From: Cyclobacteriaceae bacterium
GTDB taxonomy: Bacteria > Bacteroidota > Bacteroidia > Cytophagales > Cyclobacteriaceae
Direction: 5' to 3'
NCBI GenBank assembly: GCA_025808415.1
Contig: CP075525.1
Location: forward strand, 3,974,525 to 4,038,524
DNA: 64,000 nucleotides
Shown in pieces: positions 37,684-46,884 of the stretch; the first letter of the stretch is position 1; the number at the start of each line of letters is the position of its first letter. The position numbers and the translations under genes are program-made. The notes beneath the pieces are model-generated. The model worked only from the letters and a program-made list of their open reading frames with translations. It was not told the DNA's origin and did no database searches.

Positions 37684-38748
37684 ATGGCTATCCCTCTAGC
37701 GGCTGCGGTTACTTCTTTTGTGATCTGTTTTCTGATCATCCCGGTGATCATTAAATACTCATTAGAAAAAAACCTGGTGGATATTCCCGGCCGCAGAAAA
37801 ATCCACAAAAAAGTTACGCCTTCCATGGGTGGTATCGCCATTTTTATCGGTTTTTTTATCGGGTCACTTATCTGGACAGACATCAGCCAATGGAAAGAAA
37901 TACGCATGATCCTGATTGCGTTGTTCATGGTTTTCTTTGTTGGTGTGCGCGATGACCTCGTGCCCTTAAAACCCTATATGAAATTGATTGGGCAACTGGT
38001 AGCAGCAACCATTCTCATCCTGCTTTTTGATCTCCGCATCAAATCCATGTATGGTTTGTTCGGCCTATACGAAATACCCACAACATTGAGTTACATCCTC
38101 ACCGTGTTTACCATTATTGTTATCACTAATTCTTTTAACCTGATTGATGGACTTGACGGACTGGCAGCAAGCCTTGCTATTATTTCCCTCCTTGCATTTG
38201 GTATTTGGTTCATCCTTGCCGATGACGGTGTATTTGCCGTGCTTTCGTTTGGTATGGTAGGTGCGCTCATTGCTTTTCTCATCTTCAATTGGGAACCTTC
38301 AAAAATTTTCATGGGCGACACCGGGGCATTGGTTGTAGGCATGATGCTCGCCATCACCGCTATTCATTTCATTAACCACAACTATAACCTCCCTGCCGAA
38401 CATGCTTATCGCTTTAGCGGCTCAGTAGCCCCGGCAATATGTTTCATTATTGTACCCTTGGTAGATACCATGCGGATTTTCATTTTGCGCATCGCACGCA
38501 AGCAGTCCCCCTTTACACCCGATAAAAGTCACATCCATCACAGCATTATGCGGTTGGGTTTTTCGCACCGTAAAACAACCATTCTGCTAAGTTTTATCCA
38601 GTCCTTTTATATCGTTATGGCCATTTTTATGCACTCCGTAAACGATAACTACTTGCTGTTGACGGTAATGTTGCTTTCCGTGGCGTTAAGTGTGGCGCTG
38701 GACCAGCTTATCCTTACCCGGTTGAATAAAGATGAACAGTCGGTTTAA
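37684..38748 (+). CDS. Glycosyltransferase family 4 polyprenyl-phosphate sugar-1-phosphate transferase (WecA/WbpL/MraY-like)
   Basis: Polytopic, with DIPGRRKIHKK, VGVRDD, NSFNLIDGLDGLA, MGDTGALVVG and PDKSHIHH motifs. Confidence 0.85.
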   Translation: MAIPLAAAVTSFVICFLIIPVIIKYSLEKNLVDIPGRRKIHKKVTPSMGGIAIFIGFFIGSLIWTDISQWKEIRMILIALFMVFFVGVRDDLVPLKPYMKLIGQLVAATILILLFDLRIKSMYGLFGLYEIPTTLSYILTVFTIIVITNSFNLIDGLDGLAASLAIISLLAFGIWFILADDGVFAVLSFGMVGALIAFLIFNWEPSKIFMGDTGALVVGMMLAITAIHFINHNYNLPAEHAYRFSGSVAPAICFIIVPLVDTMRIFILRIARKQSPFTPDKSHIHHSIMRLGFSHRKTTILLSFIQSFYIVMAIFMHSVNDNYLLLTVMLLSVALSVALDQLILTRLNKDEQSV

Positions 38749-38784
38749 CCGTAAAATCGTATTTTTGAAAGATCTTATAGTAAC

Positions 38785-39804
38785 ATGGAAGAACAGATAA
38801 AAGCATTAGCGATAGAAGTTGAATCATTCACCGCTACAGACAAACAGGGCGTTGAACAATACCGCCTGAAGTATGTCAGTAAGAAAGGCGTTATCAGTGA
38901 GCTCTTTGAAGAATTGAAAAAGATGCCACCGGAAGAAAAAAAGAAGGTGGGAAAAATCCTGAATGAACTGAAGCAAGGTGCTGAGCAAAAACTAAAGGTA
39001 CTCACCGAAATGCTGGAGCATTCCGCTTCGTCATCGGTAGATATTGACCTGACGCTACCCACAATTCCGAACAAAATTGGCAATCAACATCCGCTTACCC
39101 TTACCCGAAACAGGATCATTGAAATTTTTGAACGACTTGGTTTTAACGTTGCCGATGGCCCCGAGATTGAAGATGATTGGCACAATTTCTCAGCCTTGAA
39201 TTTTCCGGAAAACCACCCGGCACGCGAAATGCAAGACACCTTTTTTGTAGAAAAGAATCCTGACATACTATTGCGCACACACACTTCCAATGTGCAGATC
39301 AGGCTGATGACAAAACAAAAGCCTCCGCTGCGTGCCATTATGCCGGGCCGCGTGTACCGTAATGAAGCCATTTCGGCACGGGCTCATTGCTTTTTCCACC
39401 AGGTAGAGGGCCTTTATGTCGATCGCAATGTTGGCTTTGCGGATTTGAAGCAAACGCTGTATCACTTTGCCAAAGAGATGTACGGCAAGGATATTAAAAT
39501 CAGGTTCCGTCCTTCATTCTTCCCGTTTACAGAGCCCAGCGCTGAAATTGATATCTCTTGTTTGATCTGTAAAGGTGATGGCTGCAATGTTTGTAAACAC
39601 ACCGGCTGGGTTGAAATTGCCGGATCGGGTATGGTGCATCCCAACGTGTTGAAAAATTGTGGTATTGATCCGGAAGAGTTTACAGGCTTTGCCTTTGGCA
39701 TGGGGATAGAACGTGTTACGATGTTACGCTATCAAGTGAACGATTTGCGTTTGTATTCCGAAAATGATATTCGCTTCCTGAAACAATTTCATACGGTAAT
39801 CTAA
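38785..39804 (+). CDS. pheS: Phenylalanine--tRNA ligase alpha subunit
   Basis: HPLTLTRNRIIEIFERLGF, class II motif 2 (PGRVYRNEAISARAHCFFHQVEG) and motif 3 (GFAFGMGIERVTMLRY). Confidence 0.97.
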   Translation: MEEQIKALAIEVESFTATDKQGVEQYRLKYVSKKGVISELFEELKKMPPEEKKKVGKILNELKQGAEQKLKVLTEMLEHSASSSVDIDLTLPTIPNKIGNQHPLTLTRNRIIEIFERLGFNVADGPEIEDDWHNFSALNFPENHPAREMQDTFFVEKNPDILLRTHTSNVQIRLMTKQKPPLRAIMPGRVYRNEAISARAHCFFHQVEGLYVDRNVGFADLKQTLYHFAKEMYGKDIKIRFRPSFFPFTEPSAEIDISCLICKGDGCNVCKHTGWVEIAGSGMVHPNVLKNCGIDPEEFTGFAFGMGIERVTMLRYQVNDLRLYSENDIRFLKQFHTVI

Positions 39805-39817
39805 ATCTGTAATTTTT

Positions 39818-39849
39818 GAATGATGAATTACGAATGTAGAATGTTGAAG
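39818..39849. repeat. Heptad-periodic AT-rich array (GAATGAT GAATTAC GAATGTA GAATGTT GAAG) between pheS and the 3-hydroxybutyryl-CoA dehydrogenase gene
   Basis: Read directly: GAAT recurs every 7 nt for 4.5 units. The array starts 14 nt after the pheS stop and ends 38 nt before the next ATG. Confidence 0.85.
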
Positions 39850-39886
39850 CACATCTGTCTCGATACAGCTAATTAAGTACTTCCAA

Positions 39887-40750
39887 ATGAGTCTTCAAGA
39901 AATAAAAACAATCGGTATTGCCGGTGCGGGCACCATGGGGCAAGGCATTGCTCAGGTATGTGCTGTTGCCGGCTTTGAAGTTTTGTTGTACGACATCCAA
40001 CCCGATTTTATTTCGAAGGGCATTTCCCTGATTGAAAAATCACTAAGCACTGCGGTTGAAAAAGGAAAGATTCAGTTGACCGAAAAAGAACAAGCCTTGG
40101 CCAGAATTAAGGCTCAGCCCGATCTTCAGCAACTCAAAGCCGATTTAATTATTGAGGCGGCCATCGAAAACCTTGATGTGAAAAAGAAATTATTCGCCTC
40201 GCTCGAAGAAATTAACAATGAGCGTTGCATGCTTACCACCAATACCTCCTCCATTCCGGTAACGCAAATTGCTGCGACATTAAAACATCCCGAACGGTTT
40301 GCCGGATTACATTTCTTCAATCCGGCACCCATTATGAAGCTGGTGGAAATCATCAGTGGGGCAGGAACCAACTTGGCAACTGTTGAATTATTAAAACAAT
40401 TCACAGAAAAACTTGGCAAAACCTCCGTGTTGGCAAAAGATTCGCCCGGGTTTATCGTTAACCGTGTGGCCAGGCATTATTATGTTGAGGCGCTGAAGTT
40501 ATTGGAAGAAAATGTTTCCGATATAAATACGATAGATAGCCTCATGAAATCAGCCGGGTTTAAAATGGGCCCTTTTGAATTGATGGACCTCATTGGGGTG
40601 GATACTAATTTCTCGGTAACAACATCCATGTACCATGCGTTTCATGAAGAGGCCCGGTTCAGGCCAAACCGGATGCAACAACAAAAAGTAGATGCGGGGC
40701 ACCATGGAAGAAAAAGCGGGAAAGGTTTCTATGACTATACCAAAAAATAG
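39887..40750 (+). CDS. 3-hydroxybutyryl-CoA / 3-hydroxyacyl-CoA dehydrogenase
   Basis: IGIAGAGTMGQGIA Rossmann motif, TNTSSIPVT, HFFNPAPIMKLVE, PGFIVNRV, and the C-terminal GRKSGKGFYDY. Confidence 0.9.
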   Translation: MSLQEIKTIGIAGAGTMGQGIAQVCAVAGFEVLLYDIQPDFISKGISLIEKSLSTAVEKGKIQLTEKEQALARIKAQPDLQQLKADLIIEAAIENLDVKKKLFASLEEINNERCMLTTNTSSIPVTQIAATLKHPERFAGLHFFNPAPIMKLVEIISGAGTNLATVELLKQFTEKLGKTSVLAKDSPGFIVNRVARHYYVEALKLLEENVSDINTIDSLMKSAGFKMGPFELMDLIGVDTNFSVTTSMYHAFHEEARFRPNRMQQQKVDAGHHGRKSGKGFYDYTKK

Positions 40751-41240
40751 TTATACGTGTGGGCAAAAATCAATATGCACGCTTAAGCCTGTTAAAGGTT
40801 TGCGTGTTTCAAAAGCAGTAACCATAGTCCTCACAACCTTCTTTACCTTCTTTACCTCCTGTTCTCCCGATCTATTTGATGATCCTATACCCATTGTGTT
40901 TTTTCAACCTGTTGAAATCAACCTGGCTCTGCCGCAATACATCAACTTAAATACCGTAGGCTATGTGTATGTTAATGCTGGTGTACGCGGCATTATCCTG
41001 CATAAAAAAAATTTTAACACCTACCTGGCGTTTGAGCGTAACTGTTCTTACCAACCTAATCAGGCATGCGCTACAGTAGATGTGCATACATCAAATTTAT
41101 TTTTACAAGATGTGTGTTGCGGCTCAACCTTCAATTGGGATGGAAACCCCACGGGTGGCATTGCCTGGCGACCTTTACGTCAATATCAAACCATTTTAAA
41201 TGGAAACCTGTTGACGATTACGGATGAAATACTGAATTGA
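40731..41240 (+). CDS. Hypothetical Cys-containing lipoprotein
   Basis: Signal peptide and lipobox (KAVTIVLTTFFTFFTSC). The start is uncertain. The ATG at 40731 overlaps the upstream gene, while the TTG at 40800 would give a classical lipoprotein signal. I recognise no family. Confidence 0.4.
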   Translation: MTIPKNSYTCGQKSICTLKPVKGLRVSKAVTIVLTTFFTFFTSCSPDLFDDPIPIVFFQPVEINLALPQYINLNTVGYVYVNAGVRGIILHKKNFNTYLAFERNCSYQPNQACATVDVHTSNLFLQDVCCGSTFNWDGNPTGGIAWRPLRQYQTILNGNLLTITDEILN

Positions 41241-42209
41241 TCAATCCAGTAACTTCTCGATCAATCCATCAATTGTTATCCCTTCCGCTTCGGCTTTGAA
41301 ATTACGCACCATGCGGTGGCGCAATACCGGTTTGGCAATGGAACGTACGTCTTCTATATCGGGTGAGTATTTCCCGCTGAGCAAAGCATTGCACTTGGCA
41401 CCAAGAATCAAAAACTGCGAAGCCCGCGGGCCAGCCCCCCACTCAAGGTATTCGTTGGCCATAGGCGAAGCGCCTGCAGTGTTCGGGCGCGTTTTATTGG
41501 CCAAACGCACCGTGTATTCAATCACATTATCCGGCACGGGCACCCTGCGCACTAAGTGTTGGTACTCCTGTATATCTTCTGCTGAAAGTGTTTTGCTGAC
41601 GGTAATCGGTTCATCAGAAGTTGTGTTCTTCACCACCTGAACCTCATCGGTGAATGAGGGATACGTTAACTGAATATCGAACATAAACCGGTCTAGTTGA
41701 GCTTCGGGTAGCGGATAGGTTCCCTCCTGCTCAATCGGGTTTTGGGTAGCCAGTACAAAAAACGGCTTGGGCAATTCATAACGCACACCGGCTATAGTTA
41801 CTGCGTATTCCTGCATCGACTCCAGTAAAGCCGCTTGTGTTTTAGGAGGTGTTCGGTTTATCTCATCGGCCAGCACAATGTTGGCGAACACAGGCCCTTT
41901 TACAAACTTGAAATTGCGCTCCTTGTCCATTGTTTCGGCACCGATAATATCCGATGGCATCAAATCGGGCGTAAACTGGATGCGTTTGAATTGCAGATCG
42001 AGGGCAGTGGCAATGGTTTGTACGAGCAATGTTTTGGCAAGGCCCGGAACACCGATCAGCAGCGAGTGGCCCTGACAAAAAATGCCGGTCAGTACAAAGC
42101 GTACCACTTCGTCTTGCCCGATAATAACTTTTGAAATCTCTTTGGTGAGGTTCTTATACGTTAGCGCCAACGAATCAGCAGCCTCCACATCCGATGCAAA
42201 TCTTGTCAT
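41241..42209 (-). CDS. MoxR-family AAA+ ATPase
   Basis: Walker A GVPGLAKT, Walker B VLADEINR, ATQNPIEQEGTYPLPEAQLDRF, and the length and termini typical of MoxR. Confidence 0.9.
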   Translation of the reverse strand: MTRFASDVEAADSLALTYKNLTKEISKVIIGQDEVVRFVLTGIFCQGHSLLIGVPGLAKTLLVQTIATALDLQFKRIQFTPDLMPSDIIGAETMDKERNFKFVKGPVFANIVLADEINRTPPKTQAALLESMQEYAVTIAGVRYELPKPFFVLATQNPIEQEGTYPLPEAQLDRFMFDIQLTYPSFTDEVQVVKNTTSDEPITVSKTLSAEDIQEYQHLVRRVPVPDNVIEYTVRLANKTRPNTAGASPMANEYLEWGAGPRASQFLILGAKCNALLSGKYSPDIEDVRSIAKPVLRHRMVRNFKAEAEGITIDGLIEKLLD

Positions 42210-42274
42210 GAGTAACCCAATTTTAACAAACCTACTGTAAATGCTTTTATGATGGCCGGTTTTTTACATGAACG

Positions 42275-43645
42275 TCAATCATCCAAAATGCCGCAATAAT
42301 CATAGGCTGGATCAATACTGATGAAAACATCTTTGCGCGCCTTATCAAACCACTTTTCAAGTGCACGATTTTGCTTTTGGTTAAGTGTTGCGTTTTGAAT
42401 GCGCTGCCAGTCTTCCTTTAAGGATGCCTGGTGCGGGGGCACCCGCGATTTGTAATATAAAATACGAACGGCCTCTTTTCCGGTTTCTGTACGGTACACC
42501 AAGGGTGATGAAATGCCGCCAACTTTCATGGAATCAATGGCGAAGAAAACCACCGGATCAAGCTCATCAACGGCTATACGTGTGCCTCCGTCATCATCAA
42601 TAAAAAAGCCACCACTTCCTTTTGTTTCCACATCATCAGAATATTCTTTAGCCGCCTTTTGGAAGGTAAGTTCTCCGTTCACAATCAGCGTACGCAAACT
42701 GTCGAGGTATTTCCGGGCATTGTCAAGATCTTCCGGTGAGGGTGAGGGTGACATGAGTATGTGACGGGAATGGTATTCATTTCCCCTCCGCTCAAGTAAC
42801 TGAAGGATGTGCAAGCCAAACATGGTTTCTACCGGCATGGAAATTTCGCCTGGCTTAAGTTTAAATGCCGCAGCCTCAAATTCGGGCACCATCATGCCCC
42901 GGCCTACAAAACCCATATCGCCACCATTAACCGTCACGGAAGGGTCGGCCGAGTATTTTTTGGCCAACGTGGCAAAATCTTCACCGCTTAAAATACGGTT
43001 ACGGATATCCATTAGTTCGCGCTTTGTTATTTCCTTTTGGCTTTCGCTCACTTTTGCAATGCGAACGATTTGGGCAACTTCTGCTTCAGCAGAAAAAAAC
43101 GGCAAGCTGTCTTTAGGGATTTTATTAAAGAAGCGTCTTACTTCATTGGGTGTTACGCTTATGTCTTTTGTGATGTGGCGTTGCATTTCGTTCACCACCA
43201 TTTGCTCACGAATCTGGTCGCGCAACTCCAAGCGTATTTGTTCGAGCGTTTTACCAAATTTATTTTCCAGGTCAACCGGGGAGCCGCCATATTGCGCCAG
43301 TATCATCTCCATTCTTCGCGAAGTGTTGGCATCCACTTCCGAATCAGTTACCACCACCGAGTCGATTTCGGCTTTGGCCATCATTAGCTTGTTGCGCAGC
43401 AACATGGCCAAAAACTGGCACCGTGTTTCAGTCGATGGGTTTCCTCCATTTGAAACATACTCCTGGAAGGATTTATCCAGTTCGGACTTCAGCACAATGT
43501 AGTTGTCGACTTTGCCAATAATTTTGTCTACAACAAAACCCGTGGGTTCTTCCTGTGCATGAACTTGAGTGGCGGCCAGTAAGGCAACGCATGCAACTGC
43601 CAGGTAATAACTCTTCTTCACTACGGTCTTACTTAAAAATTTCAT
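42275..43645 (-). CDS. SurA-like periplasmic chaperone / parvulin-type peptidyl-prolyl isomerase
   Basis: A signal peptide from the ATG at 43645 (MKFLSKTVV...ATQVHAQ), a SurA N-terminal-type region, and a parvulin domain (GGDMGFVGRGMMVPEFEAAAF...FGLHILQLLERR). The track start at 43705 is probably an over-extension. Confidence 0.8.
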   Translation of the reverse strand: MKFLSKTVVKKSYYLAVACVALLAATQVHAQEEPTGFVVDKIIGKVDNYIVLKSELDKSFQEYVSNGGNPSTETRCQFLAMLLRNKLMMAKAEIDSVVVTDSEVDANTSRRMEMILAQYGGSPVDLENKFGKTLEQIRLELRDQIREQMVVNEMQRHITKDISVTPNEVRRFFNKIPKDSLPFFSAEAEVAQIVRIAKVSESQKEITKRELMDIRNRILSGEDFATLAKKYSADPSVTVNGGDMGFVGRGMMVPEFEAAAFKLKPGEISMPVETMFGLHILQLLERRGNEYHSRHILMSPSPSPEDLDNARKYLDSLRTLIVNGELTFQKAAKEYSDDVETKGSGGFFIDDDGGTRIAVDELDPVVFFAIDSMKVGGISSPLVYRTETGKEAVRILYYKSRVPPHQASLKEDWQRIQNATLNQKQNRALEKWFDKARKDVFISIDPAYDYCGILDD

Positions 43646-44543
43646 ATTCTTTATCACTACCGGCCTTCTTGTAAATGTCGTCTTCCAGTTGCTTGGCCAG
43701 GGCAACTTTACGTTTGTTCAAAATAATGGTACGGATATCATCGCGTACAAATTCAAGTGGCGATATGTTGTCAGAAATTCGGTATTCCATTACACGAAGA
43801 AAATACAAATAAGTATCATCGGATGTTTCGTAATACGGATTGGCCTTTAAAAACTGGATTTTATTAGGAATTTCAGCCAACGGGGAATTTTTTACCAGTT
43901 CATCAAAAACCATCCAGGTGGAATCGACTAAATGATAGGCTGTGGAAAAACTAAGGCAATAGGTTTTCAACTCCTCCAGGTCCTTATCCTTTTTTGAAAA
44001 AACCATCTCTTTGATTTTGTTTGTACGCGGGGCCGATTTGGGCACTTTAATAAACGTTGCCCTTACGATGTTCTGCTTCAGGATAAAGTTGTCGAGGTTC
44101 TCTTTGTAATACTTTTCAATTTCGTTGGCCGCAATGGCTGTGTCCAGGTTTTGCTTGATGTAGAATGCCTGGTACTCATAAGCAATAAGGCTATAACGGT
44201 AATCCAATATCTTGCGCTCTACTTCCGCCTCGTTGATGTTGATTTTTCGTGCCGCTTCCTGCAGCAACAATTGCTTGCGTATCCAGCTGTTTACATAGGA
44301 TTCAACCCGCACGATGCTATCCTCTTTGGTGGTACCGGGTAAAACAATGCCACCCAATTCGTCTTTATACAAAAAAGCACGGTTTACGCGAGCTACCGGT
44401 ATGCGCTTGGTGTCAACCGTTGGGTTGTCTTGTTTCATTTGGATCAGTTCGCAGGCGGTTAACGTTAACAACACCACAAGTGCCATCCAGCTACTACGAG
44501 CGAACCAGTTGCTTAAAAACATATTGCTTGCCCTTCTCATCAA
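43629..44543 (-). CDS. SurA-N/PpiD-like chaperone-domain lipoprotein without a recognisable parvulin domain
   Basis: Lipobox LTLTAC. It is helical, resembles a SurA N-domain, and I found no GG.(L/M)G.F PPIase motif. It is flanked by two parvulin genes on the same strand. Several in-frame ATGs make the start uncertain. Confidence 0.5.
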   Translation of the reverse strand: MMRRASNMFLSNWFARSSWMALVVLLTLTACELIQMKQDNPTVDTKRIPVARVNRAFLYKDELGGIVLPGTTKEDSIVRVESYVNSWIRKQLLLQEAARKININEAEVERKILDYRYSLIAYEYQAFYIKQNLDTAIAANEIEKYYKENLDNFILKQNIVRATFIKVPKSAPRTNKIKEMVFSKKDKDLEELKTYCLSFSTAYHLVDSTWMVFDELVKNSPLAEIPNKIQFLKANPYYETSDDTYLYFLRVMEYRISDNISPLEFVRDDIRTIILNKRKVALAKQLEDDIYKKAGSDKEYEIFK

Positions 44544-46449
44544 TTTTTACTGCGTATTTTTTCCTGAGTTGCTCAACCCACCTTTTTTCAAGGTAGTTTT
44601 GGTATTCTGATATAACGGCCGCCCGGGCTTCCTCAAAGGCTAATGGGCCCGGTTTAAGGAGCTCGAAAATCCGCACAAGGTAATACATTCCGTTGTTTTC
44701 TGTGGTATAGGTTCCGGCAGCCCAAGGTACGCCCGAGAGCACCGGGCGATCGCTCTTTTGAAAAGTGCCCTTTTCAAAGCGTACGCGCCTTGCTTTAATG
44801 GATTCTTCCAGGGCATTCGCGTCATCCTTTTCCACGGCAGTCTTTATGGCCTCAAGCTGATCAGCCGTGGCGGCCGAATACAATTCGGTTACAACCCGTT
44901 CACCTGCCATAAAGTTATGGCTATGTTGCTGGTAATAGGCACGCTGCCCGGTAGTGTCTTCGCTGGCACGGTTCCATACTTCCCGCTCCATAATATCGAA
45001 CAGCAAAATACCTTCGTAATATTCACGAAGCAGCATTTCATAATCGGGGTTGGCCCGTACAAGCTGATCTTCATAAGCCTGGTTGATCACCGATTCCACA
45101 AATGATGCATATAGCTGCTCCATATAATCTTTCGGTGCTTGTGTTGTCGCTCGCTGTTGCTGATTTACATACTGCACAAACTCTTTAGCCGGAACAGAAC
45201 GGGTTTTTATGGTAAAAATTGTTTCTGAACCTTGCCACTGCCTTATGCTCCATTTTCCTTTTGTAAGCGTTGAATCTGCCCGTGCAAAAACTTTTGATTT
45301 GCCGGCTTCATTTTCTTTGTACAAAAAGTCCTTCTTTAACTTCGCCAGCAAAGCTTGTTTTGAAATCTGTACGCGCTCATCGCGCTGCACACGAGGTTTG
45401 AGTTGGGGTAACAATTCTTCGTAGGATGGAAGCGGGATTTTTCGTTCAAGGCGCACCATGTGCCAGCCATAGGCCGTTTGAAACGGATCGGAAATTTCAC
45501 CCGGTTTCTGTAATGCAAATGCTACTGCATCAAACTCAGGTGCGGCTGCCATGGCTCCGACCCCAAACGGGCGAAGGCGACCTCCGTTATTTTTTGAATT
45601 ACCATCTTCTGAATACAGGGCACAAAGTTCTTCCCACGCAACACCACCTTTAAGCTGATCATAAATTTCAAAAATCAAGTTCTTCGATTTAGCATCTGGG
45701 CGCTCGCCCCCGGTGCGAATCATAATGTGCGAAACTTCTACTTCGCCACGCGCAGGTTTACGATCTTCAACTAACACCAGGTGATAACCAAAGCGTGTGC
45801 GTACCGGCCCCACAACCTCACCAGGTTTACCGCTGTATGCTGCACTTTCAAAAGGATAAACCATCTGCATGGCGGTAAAGTAGCCCAGGTTTCCTTTGTT
45901 CGTTCTGGCCGATGGGTCTTCCGAGTGCATGGCTGCGAGTGTTCCAAAATCTTCGCCTGCTGTAACCCTTGCTTTCAATTCCAGGGTGCGGGTGTAGGCT
46001 TTCAGGGTATCTTCAGGGGAGGCATCAGGAGCAGCATTGATGAGGATATGCGATGCCTTAACTTCTTCGGTTAATCTTTTGTAGGTAAGTCTTACCAGGC
46101 TGTCCAGCATTTTTCCTTCCGGCAGGTAGGGTCTTCTTAGTTCCTCTTTATAATTATTAAATTCCTTCACAAACACCCTGGTGGTGTCCAGTCCCCTGTT
46201 TCGCGCTTCTTCTACCTTAAGTTTAAAGTTGACGAACAGGCCGAGGTATTCTTCAATTTTTTCTTTGGAAAAATCTTCCGGTCTGTTCTGGTGGTTCTTT
46301 TTGTAGAGGTAGATAAACTCATCAACGGGGACCGGACGGTTGTTAACGCTGAAGAGTATTTGTGCAGGCTTCTGCTTTTTTGCACGTTGTGCCGAAGCAC
46401 TAATGGAAAACAGGATTACCAGTATTGTAATTGCACTTCGTATCATCAT
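44494..46449 (-). CDS. Periplasmic peptidyl-prolyl isomerase with two parvulin domains (SurA/PpiD-like)
   Basis: A signal peptide and two parvulin modules (ASHILI...KGNLGYFTAMQMVYPFE...FGYHLVLVEDRK and VSHIMI...GGRLRPFGVGAMAAAPEF...YGWHMVRLERK). Confidence 0.8.
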   Translation of the reverse strand: MMIRSAITILVILFSISASAQRAKKQKPAQILFSVNNRPVPVDEFIYLYKKNHQNRPEDFSKEKIEEYLGLFVNFKLKVEEARNRGLDTTRVFVKEFNNYKEELRRPYLPEGKMLDSLVRLTYKRLTEEVKASHILINAAPDASPEDTLKAYTRTLELKARVTAGEDFGTLAAMHSEDPSARTNKGNLGYFTAMQMVYPFESAAYSGKPGEVVGPVRTRFGYHLVLVEDRKPARGEVEVSHIMIRTGGERPDAKSKNLIFEIYDQLKGGVAWEELCALYSEDGNSKNNGGRLRPFGVGAMAAAPEFDAVAFALQKPGEISDPFQTAYGWHMVRLERKIPLPSYEELLPQLKPRVQRDERVQISKQALLAKLKKDFLYKENEAGKSKVFARADSTLTKGKWSIRQWQGSETIFTIKTRSVPAKEFVQYVNQQQRATTQAPKDYMEQLYASFVESVINQAYEDQLVRANPDYEMLLREYYEGILLFDIMEREVWNRASEDTTGQRAYYQQHSHNFMAGERVVTELYSAATADQLEAIKTAVEKDDANALEESIKARRVRFEKGTFQKSDRPVLSGVPWAAGTYTTENNGMYYLVRIFELLKPGPLAFEEARAAVISEYQNYLEKRWVEQLRKKYAVKIDEKGKQYVFKQLVRS

Positions 46450-46464
46450 AGTTCGCTGAGAAAA

Positions 46465-46884
46465 TTAATCGAATTGCACTTTTTTGATGAGGCGGCAAAT
46501 ATTTTTGGTTCCGGTTTGTTCATACTCAATTTTGTCCATAATGGACTTGACCAACCGGATACCTAAACCACCTTTTCGTTTTTCATGAATGATATTGCCC
46601 AATTCCGGTTCGTGAAATTGATTGATGTCGAAAACAGTGCCATCATCGATAATCTCCATGACCAGGGGGCTACCGTATTCGGCAATAATGTGCAGTTCAA
46701 ATAAATCATTTGGGTTACACTGATGGGCATGGATCATCAGGTTGGAGCACATCTCGTCAAGGGCCAGTACAACTTCGCTGGTATCCAAATCTGAGACCTC
46801 ATGATTTTTCAGCGACTGCTTAACGAAATCACGGATCCCCTTAAGGTTTTCGATGCTGCACCCAACTTTATACACGTACCTCAT
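46465..46884 (-). CDS. Anti-sigma-factor-type serine kinase (RsbW/SpoIIAB-like HATPase)
   Basis: 139 aa with an N-box-like ALDEMCSNLMIHA and a G-box KRKGGLGIRLV. It overlaps the upstream STAS gene by 4 nt. Confidence 0.75.
   Translation of the reverse strand: MRYVYKVGCSIENLKGIRDFVKQSLKNHEVSDLDTSEVVLALDEMCSNLMIHAHQCNPNDLFELHIIAEYGSPLVMEIIDDGTVFDINQFHEPELGNIIHEKRKGGLGIRLVKSIMDKIEYEQTGTKNICRLIKKVQFD

Noticed and set aside
40692-40750. An apparent 59-nt same-strand overlap between the 3-hydroxybutyryl-CoA dehydrogenase gene and the downstream lipoprotein ORF, which could hint at a programmed frameshift or fusion.
   Set aside because: The overlap disappears if the lipoprotein starts at the ATG at 40731 or, more plausibly, at the TTG at 40800 just before its signal peptide. 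There is no slippery sequence, and both proteins look complete.
42807-43502. A 231-aa plus-strand ORF. Similar long ORFs occur at 6215..6820 (+), 24402..24878 (-), 55899..56387 (-), 59978..60502 (-) and 9133..10305 (+).
   Set aside because: All lie antisense to or inside genes with strong, recognisable family signatures (surA-like, glmM, ileS, tolC, nadR-like and PLP enzyme, Kef antiporter). Their translations are low-complexity (Ser/Thr/Pro/Arg-rich) with no recognisable motifs. They are classic shadow ORFs.
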